DNA of 64,000 nucleotides from an uncultured Acidimicrobiaceae bacterium (GTDB taxonomy: Bacteria > Actinomycetota > Acidimicrobiia > Acidimicrobiales > Bog-793), in NCBI GenBank assembly GCA_963838845.1, contig CAWISR010000002.1, forward strand, positions 430,663 through 494,662, written 5' to 3'. How positions within the stretch are numbered: position 1 is the stretch's first letter; the number at the start of each line of letters is the position of its first letter. A model generated the notes under the pieces. It saw nothing but the letters and a program-made list of their open reading frames with translations, ran no database searches and was not told the origin of the DNA. Positions 1-10,592 of this stretch are shown here, in pieces. The position numbers and the translations under genes are program-made.

Positions 1-511
1 AGCGGTTGCGCTTCGCCCTCGCCCTCATTCCAGACCCGGAACTGCTGATTCTCGACGAGCCCACCCAGGGCATGGACGTGGAAGGCCGGCGTGAGTTCTG
101 GTCAGCCATCCGACATGACGCGGAGCGGGGCGCACCATCGTGTTCGCCACCCACTACTTGGAGGAGGCCGATGCGTACGCCGACCGGGTCGTGCTCATCA
201 GCAAAGGGGAGATCGTGGCGGACGGAACGGCCGCTCAGGTGAAGGGCCTGGGCTCGGGCCGGACTCTCCGAGCCACGTTGCCCGGAGCCGATCAAGCCTC
301 CTTGCGGGCGATCCCGGGCGTCGACAGCGTGGAGGTGCGGGGCGACACCGTGCTCATCCAATCGGCTGATTCGGACTCGGTGGCCCGTCAATTGTTGACC
401 ACCACTGCGGCTCGGGACCTAGAGATCACCGCCCATGGGATGGAAGAGGCCTTCGTGGCCCTGACCGGCGATGGCGGCCCCGGCATCGGTGATGGCAGGG
501 GTTCGGCATGA
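1..511 (+). CDS. ABC transporter ATP-binding protein, C-terminal part (runs off window; apparent 1-nt frameshift near 130)
   Basis: Walker B/D-loop LLILDEPTQGMD in ORF 6..242 continues as H-loop VFATHYLEEAD in ORF 140..511; the shift falls at a G run. Confidence 0.85.
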
Positions 512-565
512 GCACTGATGCCCCGGCTGGTGTGCCCGCGGCTGGTGGGCTGGACACCGACTTCC

Positions 566-880
566 TCAATCGGCGTGCGCCCCCGATGGCTGGGCCGACG
601 ACCGGGCGTGGACGGTGTCGTGGATGAGCATGAACCGCATCGACCAGTACCCGGGTCGCGACTCGGAAAGCTCATGCCGGGCCAAGAAAAAACCGGTCAA
701 CGTGACGGCGGCGGCCGCTAGCCAGATGATCACTCCGACGGCCAGGACCCATGGCGTGAATCCCGACAGCATCACGATGAGGCCCGCAATGGCGACGGCC
801 AGCCCGAGGTAGCCCACTCGGAGGGCCCAGACGGCCATCCTCCAGTGTTCGTTCTGCTGCAGCTCCGGCGGCTCATCCAT
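566..880 (-). CDS. Small membrane protein (2 predicted TM helices)
   Basis: 104-aa ORF with two hydrophobic segments. Confidence 0.55.
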   Translation of the reverse strand: MDEPPELQQNEHWRMAVWALRVGYLGLAVAIAGLIVMLSGFTPWVLAVGVIIWLAAAAVTLTGFFLARHELSESRPGYWSMRFMLIHDTVHARSSAQPSGAHAD

Positions 881-1152
881 ACCAGGATTGTGCAGGAGTC
901 ACGGTTGCGCGACAACGGTCATTGGTCCGCCCGGCACCGCCAGGATCTCGAGTACCCATCGAGCGCTGCCAGGAACAGCCGATGGGTATCCCCTATCCGC
1001 GAGCATCGCAGGCTGACGCCATGCCCCAGTACGCCGGGAGCGAGGCGCATCGACGGGCGCACGTCGGGCGCATTCGGATCGAACGCTTGCTGGGCTTCCT
1101 AGTCAATGATTTCCCCCGAGAGACGTGGGTGTCGAGAAGGAGAGCTGATGCC

Positions 1153-1527
1153 ATGCCGATGCCGAAGAGAACGAACGTCGATGATTACTTCGCGAAGCTG
1201 AGCGACGTGCAGCGGCCGCATCTCGAGACCCTGAGGGAGCTGAGCCGAAACGTCGACCCGAAGGCGCGGGAGGAACTCAAGTGGAACCTACCCATGTACG
1301 TCCGAGGGGAAAAGGCGAACCTCTGGATGCTGCAGAATTTTAAGAACCACTGTTCGCTGCGGTTCTCTCCATCGTTCTTTGCCACTCAAAAGGCCGCAGT
1401 CGAAGCCGCCGGCTACGAGGCCGGTGAAGGCTTCGTCAAGCTCCCCTATGACCGACCGCTACCGATCAATCTCCTCAGGCAGTTGATGCGGGCACGGGTC
1501 AAGGACTACGAGACGACGGGCGACTAG
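1153..1527 (+). CDS. DUF1801/YdhG-like protein
   Basis: VDDYFAKL...REELKWNLPMY...FKNHCSLRF...KLPYDRPLP pattern; start inferred. Confidence 0.8.
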   Translation: MPMPKRTNVDDYFAKLSDVQRPHLETLRELSRNVDPKAREELKWNLPMYVRGEKANLWMLQNFKNHCSLRFSPSFFATQKAAVEAAGYEAGEGFVKLPYDRPLPINLLRQLMRARVKDYETTGD

Positions 1528-1633
1528 TTCGCTGCGTTTGACCTATTGGCGCGGGGGCCGCGCGCAGTCTCACAGGGTCGCGTTGGACGGAGCGCGCCGG
1601 AAGCGTCCCTAATCGCCAGGACCTGGCGCTCCT

Positions 1634-1963
1634 ATGGTTAGTGCCAAAGTGGCCGAAGTTCGATTTCACCTCACAGCTGATATCAGCACGGACAGTCCGG
1701 ACAAGATCGGCCCGATGCTGGGTCGGCTCGTCGGTGGCACGATTACGCGAACTCCCGAAGGCTTCCGCGTCGAGGCTTCGATGCGAGGTACGGACCCCCG
1801 TGAGCTCAACCGCGAACTGTTGTCAGCGATGCGTCGGCTCGAGCGTCGTACCCGCCTGCGAGCCGAGTGGACCGGCAACGGCATGACTCACCGGTTCTTC
1901 GACTACGTGCCCAAGGGAACCCGGCCAGCCCCGAACCAGGGCGCGCCGCCAATCGAGTCGTGA
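1634..1963 (+). CDS. Hypothetical protein
   Basis: 109-aa ORF with globular-looking composition (RELNRELLSAMRR...RFFDY). Confidence 0.55.
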   Translation: MVSAKVAEVRFHLTADISTDSPDKIGPMLGRLVGGTITRTPEGFRVEASMRGTDPRELNRELLSAMRRLERRTRLRAEWTGNGMTHRFFDYVPKGTRPAPNQGAPPIES

Positions 1964-2252
1964 GCGTCGAGGAGACCTGGGTGACCCCGAACGCCGGGAG
2001 AGTGCGTCGCCGTTCGGCACCTTCGAGCTAGTCCGCGAAAATTGGCGCGCATTACGTGACGCTCGTGAACGCGCGTATCGCCGAGTATGCGCTTTCTGAC
2101 GCCGCAGCCTCGGAGCCCGAGAACGATTGATCTGAGTGGATTGGCTGCGGCGCCGATCGAAGCTACGGCGCAGACCCTGCCGACGCAGCCCGTTCAACTG
2201 GAGTCGAGAATTGTGACCTCGGTGTTACCCGCCAGGTAGCACAATTCGAGAT

Positions 2253-2800
2253 ATGGCCCAGTCGACAGCACGGAAAGCCGGCCTCACAGCGGCCCTCTTC
2301 GCCGGCTCTGTCCTCCTCATCGCCGCATGGGGTGTCCCAGCCGGGGCCGACGGAGGAGGAACAGGGGCGGCGTTTTCAAGTTCGTGGGCGCCAGTTACAC
2401 GCAGGAGCTCAAGTTCGCGGGTTGCATGCGCCGGCACGGCGAGCCCAACTTCCCCGATCCGAACGGCAACGGAGTCTTCACGGTGAGAGGTATCGACCTC
2501 AACTCGTCCCAGTACCAGCGGGCGCAGAAGGCCTGCCAGTATCTCCTCCCTAAGGGGGGCGCGCTGTCACCGGCGGAGCAGGCGAAGCTCCTCGAACAGG
2601 CGCTCAAGTTTGCGGCGTGCATGCGTTCCCACGGTGTGCCCAAGTTCCCCGACCCGACCTCCAAGGGCGGTGGCATCACCTTCAGTCTGCGGGGCGTCGA
2701 CCCGAACGCGCCTCAGTACCAGCGGGCACAGAAAACCTGCCAGCAGCTGTTCCCGTCCGGAGCATTCGGGCGAGGCGCGCCCTTAGCCGCGGCCGGCTAG
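2253..2800 (+). CDS. Secreted/lipoprotein-like protein with two FAxCMRxHGxPxFPDP repeats (frameshift near 2370)
   Basis: Signal peptide in ORF 2253..2486; tandem Cys-containing repeats in ORF 2327..2800. Confidence 0.7.
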
Positions 2801-3123
2801 CGGACGAGTGCCTGCTGAGAACGGTTGAGACCTCGCTCCGTTATTCGCCTGAACCGCCTGCGGGCGCGAGAGTTGACGCCAGTTCCGCGCACAAGCCGAC
2901 GACTTGAGGATGCCGGTCGAGGAACCAGAACAACCTCTTATGCACTGGCAGCTGCGCTACCAACCACCGCCGTTCGTCGCTCCTATCGACGGATCTGGAG
3001 TTCGACTCGCGCCCCATAACGCGCGCCAGGGTTAGGACGTGAAAGCGTCACCAAGCGCCGGTTAGGCGGCCACTGGGGAGTCTCGACCTTCGAGGAACAA
3101 GCTAAGGAGTCTGGCCCTTCTGC

Positions 3124-3498
3124 TCAGAGCAAACTCGCAGCAATGAGCAAAGCCGCTGTGATACTGAGCAAGACCGGGCAGATCTTGAAGAAGATGACGC
3201 GCGTGCGCGCTCCTGTCGACGCCGTCAGTAGGGCGACTGCGAAGAGCATCGTGGCCGACGCCCGGTCCACCCAGTCAGTCAATGCACTATGGGAACCGCT
3301 CACGGCTGAAGCAATCACCACGAGTGCGGCGATGAACCACATGGTCATCGCTTCAGCGATCCACTCCTGGGTGATGACGAGCCGGTTGTCATGCGAGGTG
3401 TCGTTGAAACCCCTGACGACTCGCGCTGTGGGCAGGATGTGAGCGACACCCCACAGCGCGACCACTCCGGCAGCAACGTAAGCGAGAACTGCGCTCAT
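3124..3498 (-). CDS. Four-TM membrane protein
   Basis: 124-aa ORF with four hydrophobic helices. Confidence 0.65.
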   Translation of the reverse strand: MSAVLAYVAAGVVALWGVAHILPTARVVRGFNDTSHDNRLVITQEWIAEAMTMWFIAALVVIASAVSGSHSALTDWVDRASATMLFAVALLTASTGARTRVIFFKICPVLLSITAALLIAASLL

Positions 3499-3586
3499 GC
3501 CATCAGTCTCCGTTGCTGAGGATTACGCCGCCGCTCTCAAGTCGGTCACACGGCCCTAACTCAGCAGCGACGACAGCTGCGCGTCG

Positions 3587-4408
3587 TCAGCAGCACGACG
3601 TCGGATCTACTGGGACCTCGTGCGATGCCACTGCCGCGGCGCCCACTACGGATGGCTTGGTCGCCTTGATGATCGCGGAATGCATGCCCGCGAGGTACTC
3701 GGCTGTCGGCGTGATGCTCACATCCTCTAATCCTGCAGCTCGAAGTCCTGCCTCGTACTCTTCGAACGAGAGCGCGCCCGCGATGCAGCCGACGTACGTT
3801 CCCCGTTCGGCTCGCTCCGCAGGTGTGAGGTTGTTATCGGCAACGACGTCGCTAATACCGATGCGCCCACCCGGACGGAGTACGCGATACATCTCGGCGA
3901 AGACCTGAGGCTTGTCGGTCGAAAGGTTGATGACGCAGTTCGAGACGATGACATCAATGGAGTTTGCCGGAAGCGGCACCTGCTCGATGAACCCCTTGAG
4001 GAACTCGACGTTCGTGAACCCGGCTGCGTCGCGATTCTTGATCGCGAGAGCAAGCATTTCCTCGGTCATGTCGAGCCCGTAGACCTTGCCGGTCGCTCCA
4101 ACACGCCTTGCTGAGAGCAGTACATCGATGCCCCCACCGGATCCGAGGTCGAGCACGGTCTCCCCGGCATTCAGGTCGGCCACGGCTGTCGGGTTGCCGC
4201 ATCCAAGGCTTGCGAGGACTGCCGCTTCCGGCAATCCTTCGTCGGCGAGCGTCTCGTAGAAGGTGGGGCCTGTCAGATGACCCTCCTCGGCGCAGGTAGA
4301 ACCGGCATGGCAGCAATCGTTTGCCGCTCCCGCGCCCGAGGTCACCATGCGCGCTGCCTCGGCGTAGCGGCGTCGAACGTCCTCACGAAGCTCTGTGTCG
4401 TTGGTCAC
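3587..4408 (-). CDS. arsM: Arsenite S-adenosylmethionine methyltransferase
   Basis: SLGCGNP, VLDLGSGGGID, SNCVINL, GCIAGA motifs and C-terminal CC; downstream of an ArsR gene. Confidence 0.92.
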   Translation of the reverse strand: MTNDTELREDVRRRYAEAARMVTSGAGAANDCCHAGSTCAEEGHLTGPTFYETLADEGLPEAAVLASLGCGNPTAVADLNAGETVLDLGSGGGIDVLLSARRVGATGKVYGLDMTEEMLALAIKNRDAAGFTNVEFLKGFIEQVPLPANSIDVIVSNCVINLSTDKPQVFAEMYRVLRPGGRIGISDVVADNNLTPAERAERGTYVGCIAGALSFEEYEAGLRAAGLEDVSITPTAEYLAGMHSAIIKATKPSVVGAAAVASHEVPVDPTSCC

Positions 4409-4812
4409 CTCACAACCTCCTGTGCATCGAATACCGAAGCAAGCCGACCCAAACGCTCACGCTCGAGCGAGTAGTAGGCCCACGTTCCGCGCTGTTGTCG
4501 CTCCAGCAGCCCGACGGCCACCAGCTTCTTCAGATGGAAGCTCACCGTCCCTTGAGCGAGCCCAAGATGGGACATGAACTCGCAAACACACACTGGCTCG
4601 GAGGCGTTGACGAGCAGGTTCACGATCCGTATCCGGTTCGGATCGGCCAGGGCCTTGAAGATGGAGGCCAGCGTCTTGGTCTGTCCCCGCGTGATCTCAC
4701 GGGCGGTCACAGGGGTGCAGCAAGCGACCGGTGACAGCGAGACCTCCTGAAGCAGGGCGTCCGCGATTGATCCCTCAGTTTGCGCGCTCGCCAAGCATTC
4801 ATTCAGGTTCAT
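4405..4812 (-). CDS. arsR: ArsR/SmtB family metalloregulator
   Basis: FKALADPNRIRI, CVC, QGTVSFHLKKL; overlaps arsM start; start chosen from promoter position. Confidence 0.88.
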   Translation of the reverse strand: MNLNECLASAQTEGSIADALLQEVSLSPVACCTPVTAREITRGQTKTLASIFKALADPNRIRIVNLLVNASEPVCVCEFMSHLGLAQGTVSFHLKKLVAVGLLERQQRGTWAYYSLERERLGRLASVFDAQEVVR

Positions 4813-4820
4813 CGATGTAG

Positions 4821-4854
4821 AAAGTACGCTCTTCATCGAGATCTGTCAATGTAA
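4821..4854 (-). promoter_or_regulatory. Sigma70-type promoter with overlapping dyad (probable ArsR operator)
   Basis: Minus strand TTGACA (4849-4844), 17-nt spacer, TACTTT (4826-4821); imperfect dyad CATCGA-GATCTG-TCAATG. Confidence 0.65.
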
Positions 4855-5834
4855 GGCAGAGGATCGGCTGGTCTGCCGCCCCTCAGCTGCGCCCCAGCTC
4901 AGCGTCGCGAGTGAACTGAGCCATCCCCTCCCGCTTCGTCCTAACCCAAGGGGCGCCGGTCGCCGGTCGCCCGCAACCTCCGGACAAGCCCTAGCGGGGG
5001 TGGTCGGACCGCTTATCGAAGCGCCGGTCTCCAAGGTCACGAGCTGAGAGCTGCCCAGCCTTACGGACCGAGACCCGCACGGTGGCTGTTCAGGCGTTCG
5101 ACAACCGCAACGCCCGGACCAGAAGTCCTTCCGCAGGCCGCGACTAGCTCGCCGACCGCGACCAGCGCCGTCCCGATCGCCCCGGCCCGCCAAGCACGTG
5201 TGGTCATTGATGCCCCTAAAGCGGCCTCTTGGTACTCCCAACGCGGTTGCAGGACGGTTACGAGGTTCGGCCAAGACCCCACGAAGACGAAGCTCGCCAG
5301 ATTGCCGGAGATCCAGAACGACGGCCTGTGGCCTCGAAAACCGTTTGGCCAATCGATTCGCCGATCCCCACTAGCAATTGGACAAAGCCCTTTCGGGCTA
5401 AGCGAGGGTTGCGTAGCGTCTGGCTCGGGTCCTCGGGGGTAAGCCCGCACCGAAGAGCCGGGGTTGAGGGTGAGATCCGGCCGCGCTGGTAGGTCTCTGG
5501 ACCACAGGTGTCGTTCCCTCCCTGGGACGCTCCCGAGGGCCCACTATTCCGAAATGCGGCAAGAGCGCGATCGGGGAGGCAGTTGCCGCGCGCTCCCAAC
5601 CGCGCCGCTCCCCGTCGAGCCGATCGACGCCGCCCTCGTACGGGCGCTCGGCGAGCCCATCGTCGGGGTGTGAAAGCAGAGCTGGACCATCATCAAAGCG
5701 GTCGAAAAAGCTTCAGCCCTCACCGTGGTACCCAACCTTTCCCTTCACGAGGTGGCGGATCAGCATGACTGTCGAGGGGACAACAAGTACAAACAGCCCA
5801 CGGAAACCGTGAACGAATGCTCGCAGAGGCGCCT

Positions 5835-7526
5835 CTAGATGCACGGGGGAGCCGAGCTAAGGCGCAGTGCGGCGGAAGCCCCAGCAGGGACGATTGGGCT
5901 GCGGGGTGCTATCGGGTCGATCCGCAAGTAGGGCGTGCCGAGCGGGGCTCGTTGGTCCGGTTCGCCGCGATTGGGCCACATCGCCATTGCCCGTTCTGCT
6001 TGCGCAGTGATTGTGAGTGCTGGATTGACACCGAGGTTGGCAGAGATCGCGGCACCGTCCACGACGTGGAGACCGGGGTAGCCGTAGACCCGGTGGTACG
6101 GATCGATCACTCCGCTCTCAGGCGAATCGCCGATTACAGCACCGCCGAGGAAGTGTGCCGTCATCGGGATATTGAAGATGTCGTTCCATCCTCCGGCGGG
6201 AAACCCGCCGATGCGTTTGGCAATGCGTCGCACAGCGTCGTGTCCAACGGGGATCCATGTCGGGTTGGGGTCACCGTGCCCTTGCTTCGAGGTCAGCCGT
6301 GGACCGAACAGTCCTGGTTTCGTGTAACAGGTAATGGAGTTGTCGCGTGTTTGCATGACGAGGGCGACGATGGTCTGCTCTGACCACCGATGCATATTGA
6401 GGTTGCGCGTCATCGTCACCGGATGACGCGTTATTTCGAGCGCCCAACTGAGCAGTCGCGATCGCCCGCCGCCATCAACAAGCGCTGTGGACAACAAACC
6501 CATGGAATTGCTGCCTCGCCCATAGCGCACGGGTTCAATGTGAGTTTGATCGTCGGGATAGAACGACGATGTGATGGCTACGCCTCGAGTGAAATCGACA
6601 TTGCGCCGAAATGTGCGCGCCCCAAGAATTGCTTCGGAGTTTGTGCGAGTGAGCTCACCGAGCCTGTGAGAAAGATTGGGCAGGTTCCCTACGTCGCGCA
6701 TGGAGTGCAGAAGCTTCTGGGTGCCCATCGTCCCTGCTGCCAGTACGACATGCGGGGCGATGAACGTGCTGCGGCGCTTACGTACCCACCCAGTTGTGCG
6801 TTCGGCCGTGACCTCGTAGCGACCGTCAGCCCGCGGCCGGATGCTGGTGACCGTCGTGAGCGGGTACACCTCGGCACCTCCGCGTTCGGCGAGGTAGAGA
6901 TAGTTCTTGAGAAGCGTGTTCTTCGCGTCGTGGCGACAGCCGGTCATGCACTCACCGCACTTGGTGCATCCTTTGCGGGCTGGGCCGGCGCCACCGAAGA
7001 AAGGGTCGTCGACTTCGACGCCAGGCTCGCCAAAGAACACGCCCACCGGGGCAGGAGTAAACGTTTCGGCGACTCCCATCTCCTCGGCGACCGCGAACAT
7101 CACGTCATCGGCCGGCGTCATGGTCGGGTTTGGTACCACGCCGAGCATGCGCATTGCTTGGTCGTAAAACGGTGCGAGCTCGGCGCGCCAGTCGGTGATG
7201 TGACCCCACTGAACATCGGTGTAGAAGGACGGGAAGGGTTCATAGAGCGTGTTGGCGTAGACCAGTGATCCTCCGCCGACACCAGCACCAGAGAGAACCA
7301 TCACGTTGTTCAGCAGCGACACCCGTTGGATGCCGAGTAGCCCGAGCTTGGGTGCCCAGAAGAACGAGCGCAGCCGCCACGATGTTTTCGGCAGCGTCGC
7401 CTCATTGAAGCGGCGCCCCGATTCGAGCACCGCTACTCGATAGCCCTTCTCGGTCAGACGAAGGGCCGCCGTGCTTCCGCCGAAGCCGCTGCCGACGACG
7501 AGGACGTCATACTCCTGGCACTCCAC
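5835..7526 (-). CDS. choD: Cholesterol oxidase-like GMC oxidoreductase (ChoD type)
   Basis: DVLVVGSGFGG FAD motif, GAGVGGGSLVYANT, CxxCGECMTGC, TAHFLGG, GVNPALTITAQAERAM. Confidence 0.85.
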   Translation of the reverse strand: MECQEYDVLVVGSGFGGSTAALRLTEKGYRVAVLESGRRFNEATLPKTSWRLRSFFWAPKLGLLGIQRVSLLNNVMVLSGAGVGGGSLVYANTLYEPFPSFYTDVQWGHITDWRAELAPFYDQAMRMLGVVPNPTMTPADDVMFAVAEEMGVAETFTPAPVGVFFGEPGVEVDDPFFGGAGPARKGCTKCGECMTGCRHDAKNTLLKNYLYLAERGGAEVYPLTTVTSIRPRADGRYEVTAERTTGWVRKRRSTFIAPHVVLAAGTMGTQKLLHSMRDVGNLPNLSHRLGELTRTNSEAILGARTFRRNVDFTRGVAITSSFYPDDQTHIEPVRYGRGSNSMGLLSTALVDGGGRSRLLSWALEITRHPVTMTRNLNMHRWSEQTIVALVMQTRDNSITCYTKPGLFGPRLTSKQGHGDPNPTWIPVGHDAVRRIAKRIGGFPAGGWNDIFNIPMTAHFLGGAVIGDSPESGVIDPYHRVYGYPGLHVVDGAAISANLGVNPALTITAQAERAMAMWPNRGEPDQRAPLGTPYLRIDPIAPRSPIVPAGASAALRLSSAPPCI

Positions 7527-7878
7527 GCGGCGACAATAGGTGTCGCGTCGCGAGTCGCTAAACGAATCTGGTTCGCTCTCGGGGCGAACGCGCGAAATCT
7601 GACCGGCACCCACCGAACCGGTCGATAGATCCGCGAGCGTGACCGATTCACGGAACCGAACGGCCGTCCCATATCACTCAGCGCCACCCGACTCTCGGGG
7701 TAGCTCATAACGCCGGGACGGTGGCGTTACAAGAACTGGAGGTTCAAGGTCACATCGGCGGCGCCTGCCTCTCCGTCGTCTACGTCGACACCGACCACCC
7801 TCTCCGAGACGCCGCGTCGGGGGGTCGGGATCGACCGAGCATCACCATGGAGTGGGTTGCGGGCTGTCGTCTCGGCAG

Positions 7879-9933
7879 TCAACAAGCGCGCACGCCGCCC
7901 GGCCCGGGAGTAAACGCACTAGTCGGGCGCGCGGGTCCGACGCCAGGCGACCGCACAGCGTTGCGCACTTCGCTGCACCACTTCTCTTGAAACCGATGGA
8001 AGCGGGGCTGGTCCCGGACGGAGGCGAACAGCGGTGAGTAGAGCATCTCCAGCACCGGGATCGCCCAGTCCTCGCGCTCCATGCGCTCCCAGAAGTTGTC
8101 GAGGTCGCCCAAGGCGAAGTACACGAAGCCGGCAAGGAACCCGCTGGCCGCGCCGTCGGGGTCGAGCTCGGCGAGGGCTTCGATGCAGCGCCTGGCGGTC
8201 TCGGCGTCTCCCTGTCGTGCCGCCAGGAATCCGCGGAACGCGAGCGACCAGCCGTTGCCGGGGCGTAAGCGCTCCATCTCGCGCAAGCTTTGCTCGGCGG
8301 CCTCGTAGTCACCGCGCCCGAGGTGGTACTCCGTACGGTGCTGATTGGTGCGAAATGCGACGAGCGGCTCCGTCGCGTCCCAATGAGCAATGGCGTCGGC
8401 AACGCGCCCGGCGTAGAAGTAGGCGCGCCCCAAGAAGGCGAGGACGTTGATGTTTAGCGGGTCGACGTTGCGCGCCTCCTCGAGCAGCCGCACCGTCTCG
8501 TCGATGTCACCGCTTCCGGCGGCGAGCTGCGCAAGGGTGCGGTACGGCTCGGAGCTGCTGGGATTGAGCTCGATCGCGCGGCGGGCTTCCCGATTGGCTC
8601 CGGCGTAGTCCTCGTCGCCGAGCATCAGGAGAGAGAGCGAAGCGTGGGCCTCGGCGAGCGCGTCGTTGGCGGAAAGCGCTCGCGCCAGCTCCTCACGCGC
8701 CCGCCGTTGCGAATCGTGCAGCGGCAGCGATCCCTCCGAGGCAAGCCACCCGTAACAGTCGGCGATGCCGACGCGGGCGCGGGCGAAGCCAGGGTCGCGA
8801 ACGACGGCCCGCTCGAAGAGGGCAAGGGCGCGGCGGATCGTCGCATCCGAGGCCTTGTCGTTGAGCAGCTTGCGGGCCTGCAGGAAGTCCGTGTAGGCGT
8901 CCATGTCGCTCGTGTCCGGTTGCGGCTGAGCCGGCGTGAGCTCGATGGTGCCCCCGCGTGCAGAAAGGTGCACCGAGATTGCGTGCGCGATCTGCTCAGC
9001 GATCTCGTCCTGGACGGCGAAGACGTCGTCGAGTTCGCGGTCGTAGCGCCCAGCCCAGAGGTGCTCCTCGGAGCTCGCTTCGATCAGTTGGGCGGTGATG
9101 CGCACGCGCTTGGCGGCCTTGCGCACGCTCGCCTCGAGCACCATCCCGACGTCGAGGGCGTGTCCGATCTGGCGGGCGGTGTCGTGGCTGCCCTTGTAGT
9201 GCATCGCCGTCGTTCGGGCGATCACACGCAGCCCCGCGACGTGGGCGAGCTTCTCGATCAGCTCCTCGGTCATCCCGTCGGCGAAGTAGTCGTCGTCGGG
9301 GTCGGCACTCATGCTGGCAAAAGGCAACACGACGACGCGCCGCAGACGATCGTCTCTGGCCGCGTTAGCCGCGCCGCGCCTGCCGGCGACGTCGGCGGTC
9401 TCGTCGGTGCCTGCTGGCAGCGGGGCGATCGAGTAGAGCTCGATCGGTTGCTCGATGTTCTTCAGTCTCGGGGCGCCCATGGCGCGGAAGGAGGCAGGCA
9501 GCTTGTCGCGTACCTGGTCGTAGATGTGGCGGGTGGCGCAGATGCCGCCAGCCTCCGCGTGCGCCTCGATACGGGCGACGATGTTGACGGCGTCGCCGAA
9601 GACGTCGTCGTCGCGATGCACGACATCGCCGAGGTGGACACCGATACGCAGCACGATCTCTTCGCCGGGCAAGGCGGCGTTACGGGCCTGGATCGCTTGC
9701 TGGATCTTGAGCGCGCAGCTCACGGCGTCGAGAGCGCTGGCGAACTCGACGAGCAGGCCGTCGCCGAGCGACTTGACGACGCGCCCCCCGAATGCCGAGA
9801 CGAGCGGCCGAAGGATCTCCTCCTGCTCGCGCACGAGGTCGAGGGCGAGTCGCTCGTCGCGCTGGGTGAGGGCTGAGTAGCCGACCATGTCCGTGAGCAT
9901 GACGGCGGCCAGCAGGCGCCGATCATCGGGCAC
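7879..9933 (-). CDS. Class III adenylate/guanylate cyclase with TolB-like N-terminal domain and TPRs
   Basis: LAAVMLTDMVGYS, KSLGDG, RIGVHLGDV, FGDAVNIVARIE; VLPFASMS...DYFADGMTEELI; TPR-like helices. Confidence 0.88.
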   Translation of the reverse strand: MPDDRRLLAAVMLTDMVGYSALTQRDERLALDLVREQEEILRPLVSAFGGRVVKSLGDGLLVEFASALDAVSCALKIQQAIQARNAALPGEEIVLRIGVHLGDVVHRDDDVFGDAVNIVARIEAHAEAGGICATRHIYDQVRDKLPASFRAMGAPRLKNIEQPIELYSIAPLPAGTDETADVAGRRGAANAARDDRLRRVVVLPFASMSADPDDDYFADGMTEELIEKLAHVAGLRVIARTTAMHYKGSHDTARQIGHALDVGMVLEASVRKAAKRVRITAQLIEASSEEHLWAGRYDRELDDVFAVQDEIAEQIAHAISVHLSARGGTIELTPAQPQPDTSDMDAYTDFLQARKLLNDKASDATIRRALALFERAVVRDPGFARARVGIADCYGWLASEGSLPLHDSQRRAREELARALSANDALAEAHASLSLLMLGDEDYAGANREARRAIELNPSSSEPYRTLAQLAAGSGDIDETVRLLEEARNVDPLNINVLAFLGRAYFYAGRVADAIAHWDATEPLVAFRTNQHRTEYHLGRGDYEAAEQSLREMERLRPGNGWSLAFRGFLAARQGDAETARRCIEALAELDPDGAASGFLAGFVYFALGDLDNFWERMEREDWAIPVLEMLYSPLFASVRDQPRFHRFQEKWCSEVRNAVRSPGVGPARPTSAFTPGPGGVRAC

Positions 9934-10005
9934 GCGCGCGAATCTACGTCGTCGAGTCCGAGAACGTCGGCGACGCCGAGGGGTCCCAGCCGCGTCGTGC
10001 GCGGA

Positions 10006-10035
10006 TAGTTCAACCCAATTAGGCGGGTTCAAATA
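10006..10035. repeat. Two overlapping, oppositely oriented degenerate cassette-type sites
   Basis: TAGT-TCAACCCA-ATTA (+, 10006-10021) and TATT-TGAACCCG-CCTA (-, 10035-10020). Confidence 0.5.
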
Positions 10036-10061
10036 AACGTGGAGTTGCGACGCGTGGTACC

Positions 10062-10096
10062 GTCCCCGACAGGTGTTCCACACACCTGTCGGGGAC
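10062..10096. repeat. Perfect 15-bp inverted repeat with 5-nt loop
   Basis: GTCCCCGACAGGTGT-TCCAC-ACACCTGTCGGGGAC. Confidence 0.9.
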
Positions 10097-10539
10097 CATT
10101 GACGACTCCGAGGACGCCGCCGAGGAAACGGAGGCTCTCGAAGGATGCTGATGGCTGTCACGGCTAAGCGTTTCCAGCCGAGCGGCGTCTTGAGCGTGCT
10201 CATCTCAGCACGGGAGTTCCGCGGGACCAAATCGCGATTTGCATGATCGAGTTTTGCCGTCGGTTCGTGCTGACGCGATCCACGAGCTGCCCTTGATGCG
10301 GGGCGGGCGATTAGCAAGCCAGGCATCACTTGTTCCGCTTTGCGCGGCTACCAATGGAGATGATGCGCTCTTCTCGTACAAGCACGGCTCCGTCGGTCCA
10401 ATGACTGAGCGCATCCATATCGGCATCCTGACGTTACGCGAGAGATCCGAGCGAACCTCACAGAAGACCTGTCCTGCCAACTCACGTCAGTGACGCCGAG
10501 AAACGCTGCGGATCAACGTCCGGGCGCGGAACTCCGCGT

Positions 10540-10555
10540 TACTTGAACTGAATTA
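10540..10555 (+). repeat. Putative recombination site, type A
   Basis: TACT-TGAACTGA-ATTA, 37 bp before the 10593 start. Confidence 0.65.
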
Positions 10556-10592
10556 AGCAGTCTGATCGGGACCTGCCGATCGCCCCGAGCTA

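Noticed and set aside
8644..9876. Long antisense or alternate-frame ORFs (e.g. 8644..9876, 13346..14260, 47042..48055, 55991..57022)
   Set aside because: Shadow ORFs of real genes in high-GC DNA, with no recognisable motifs.
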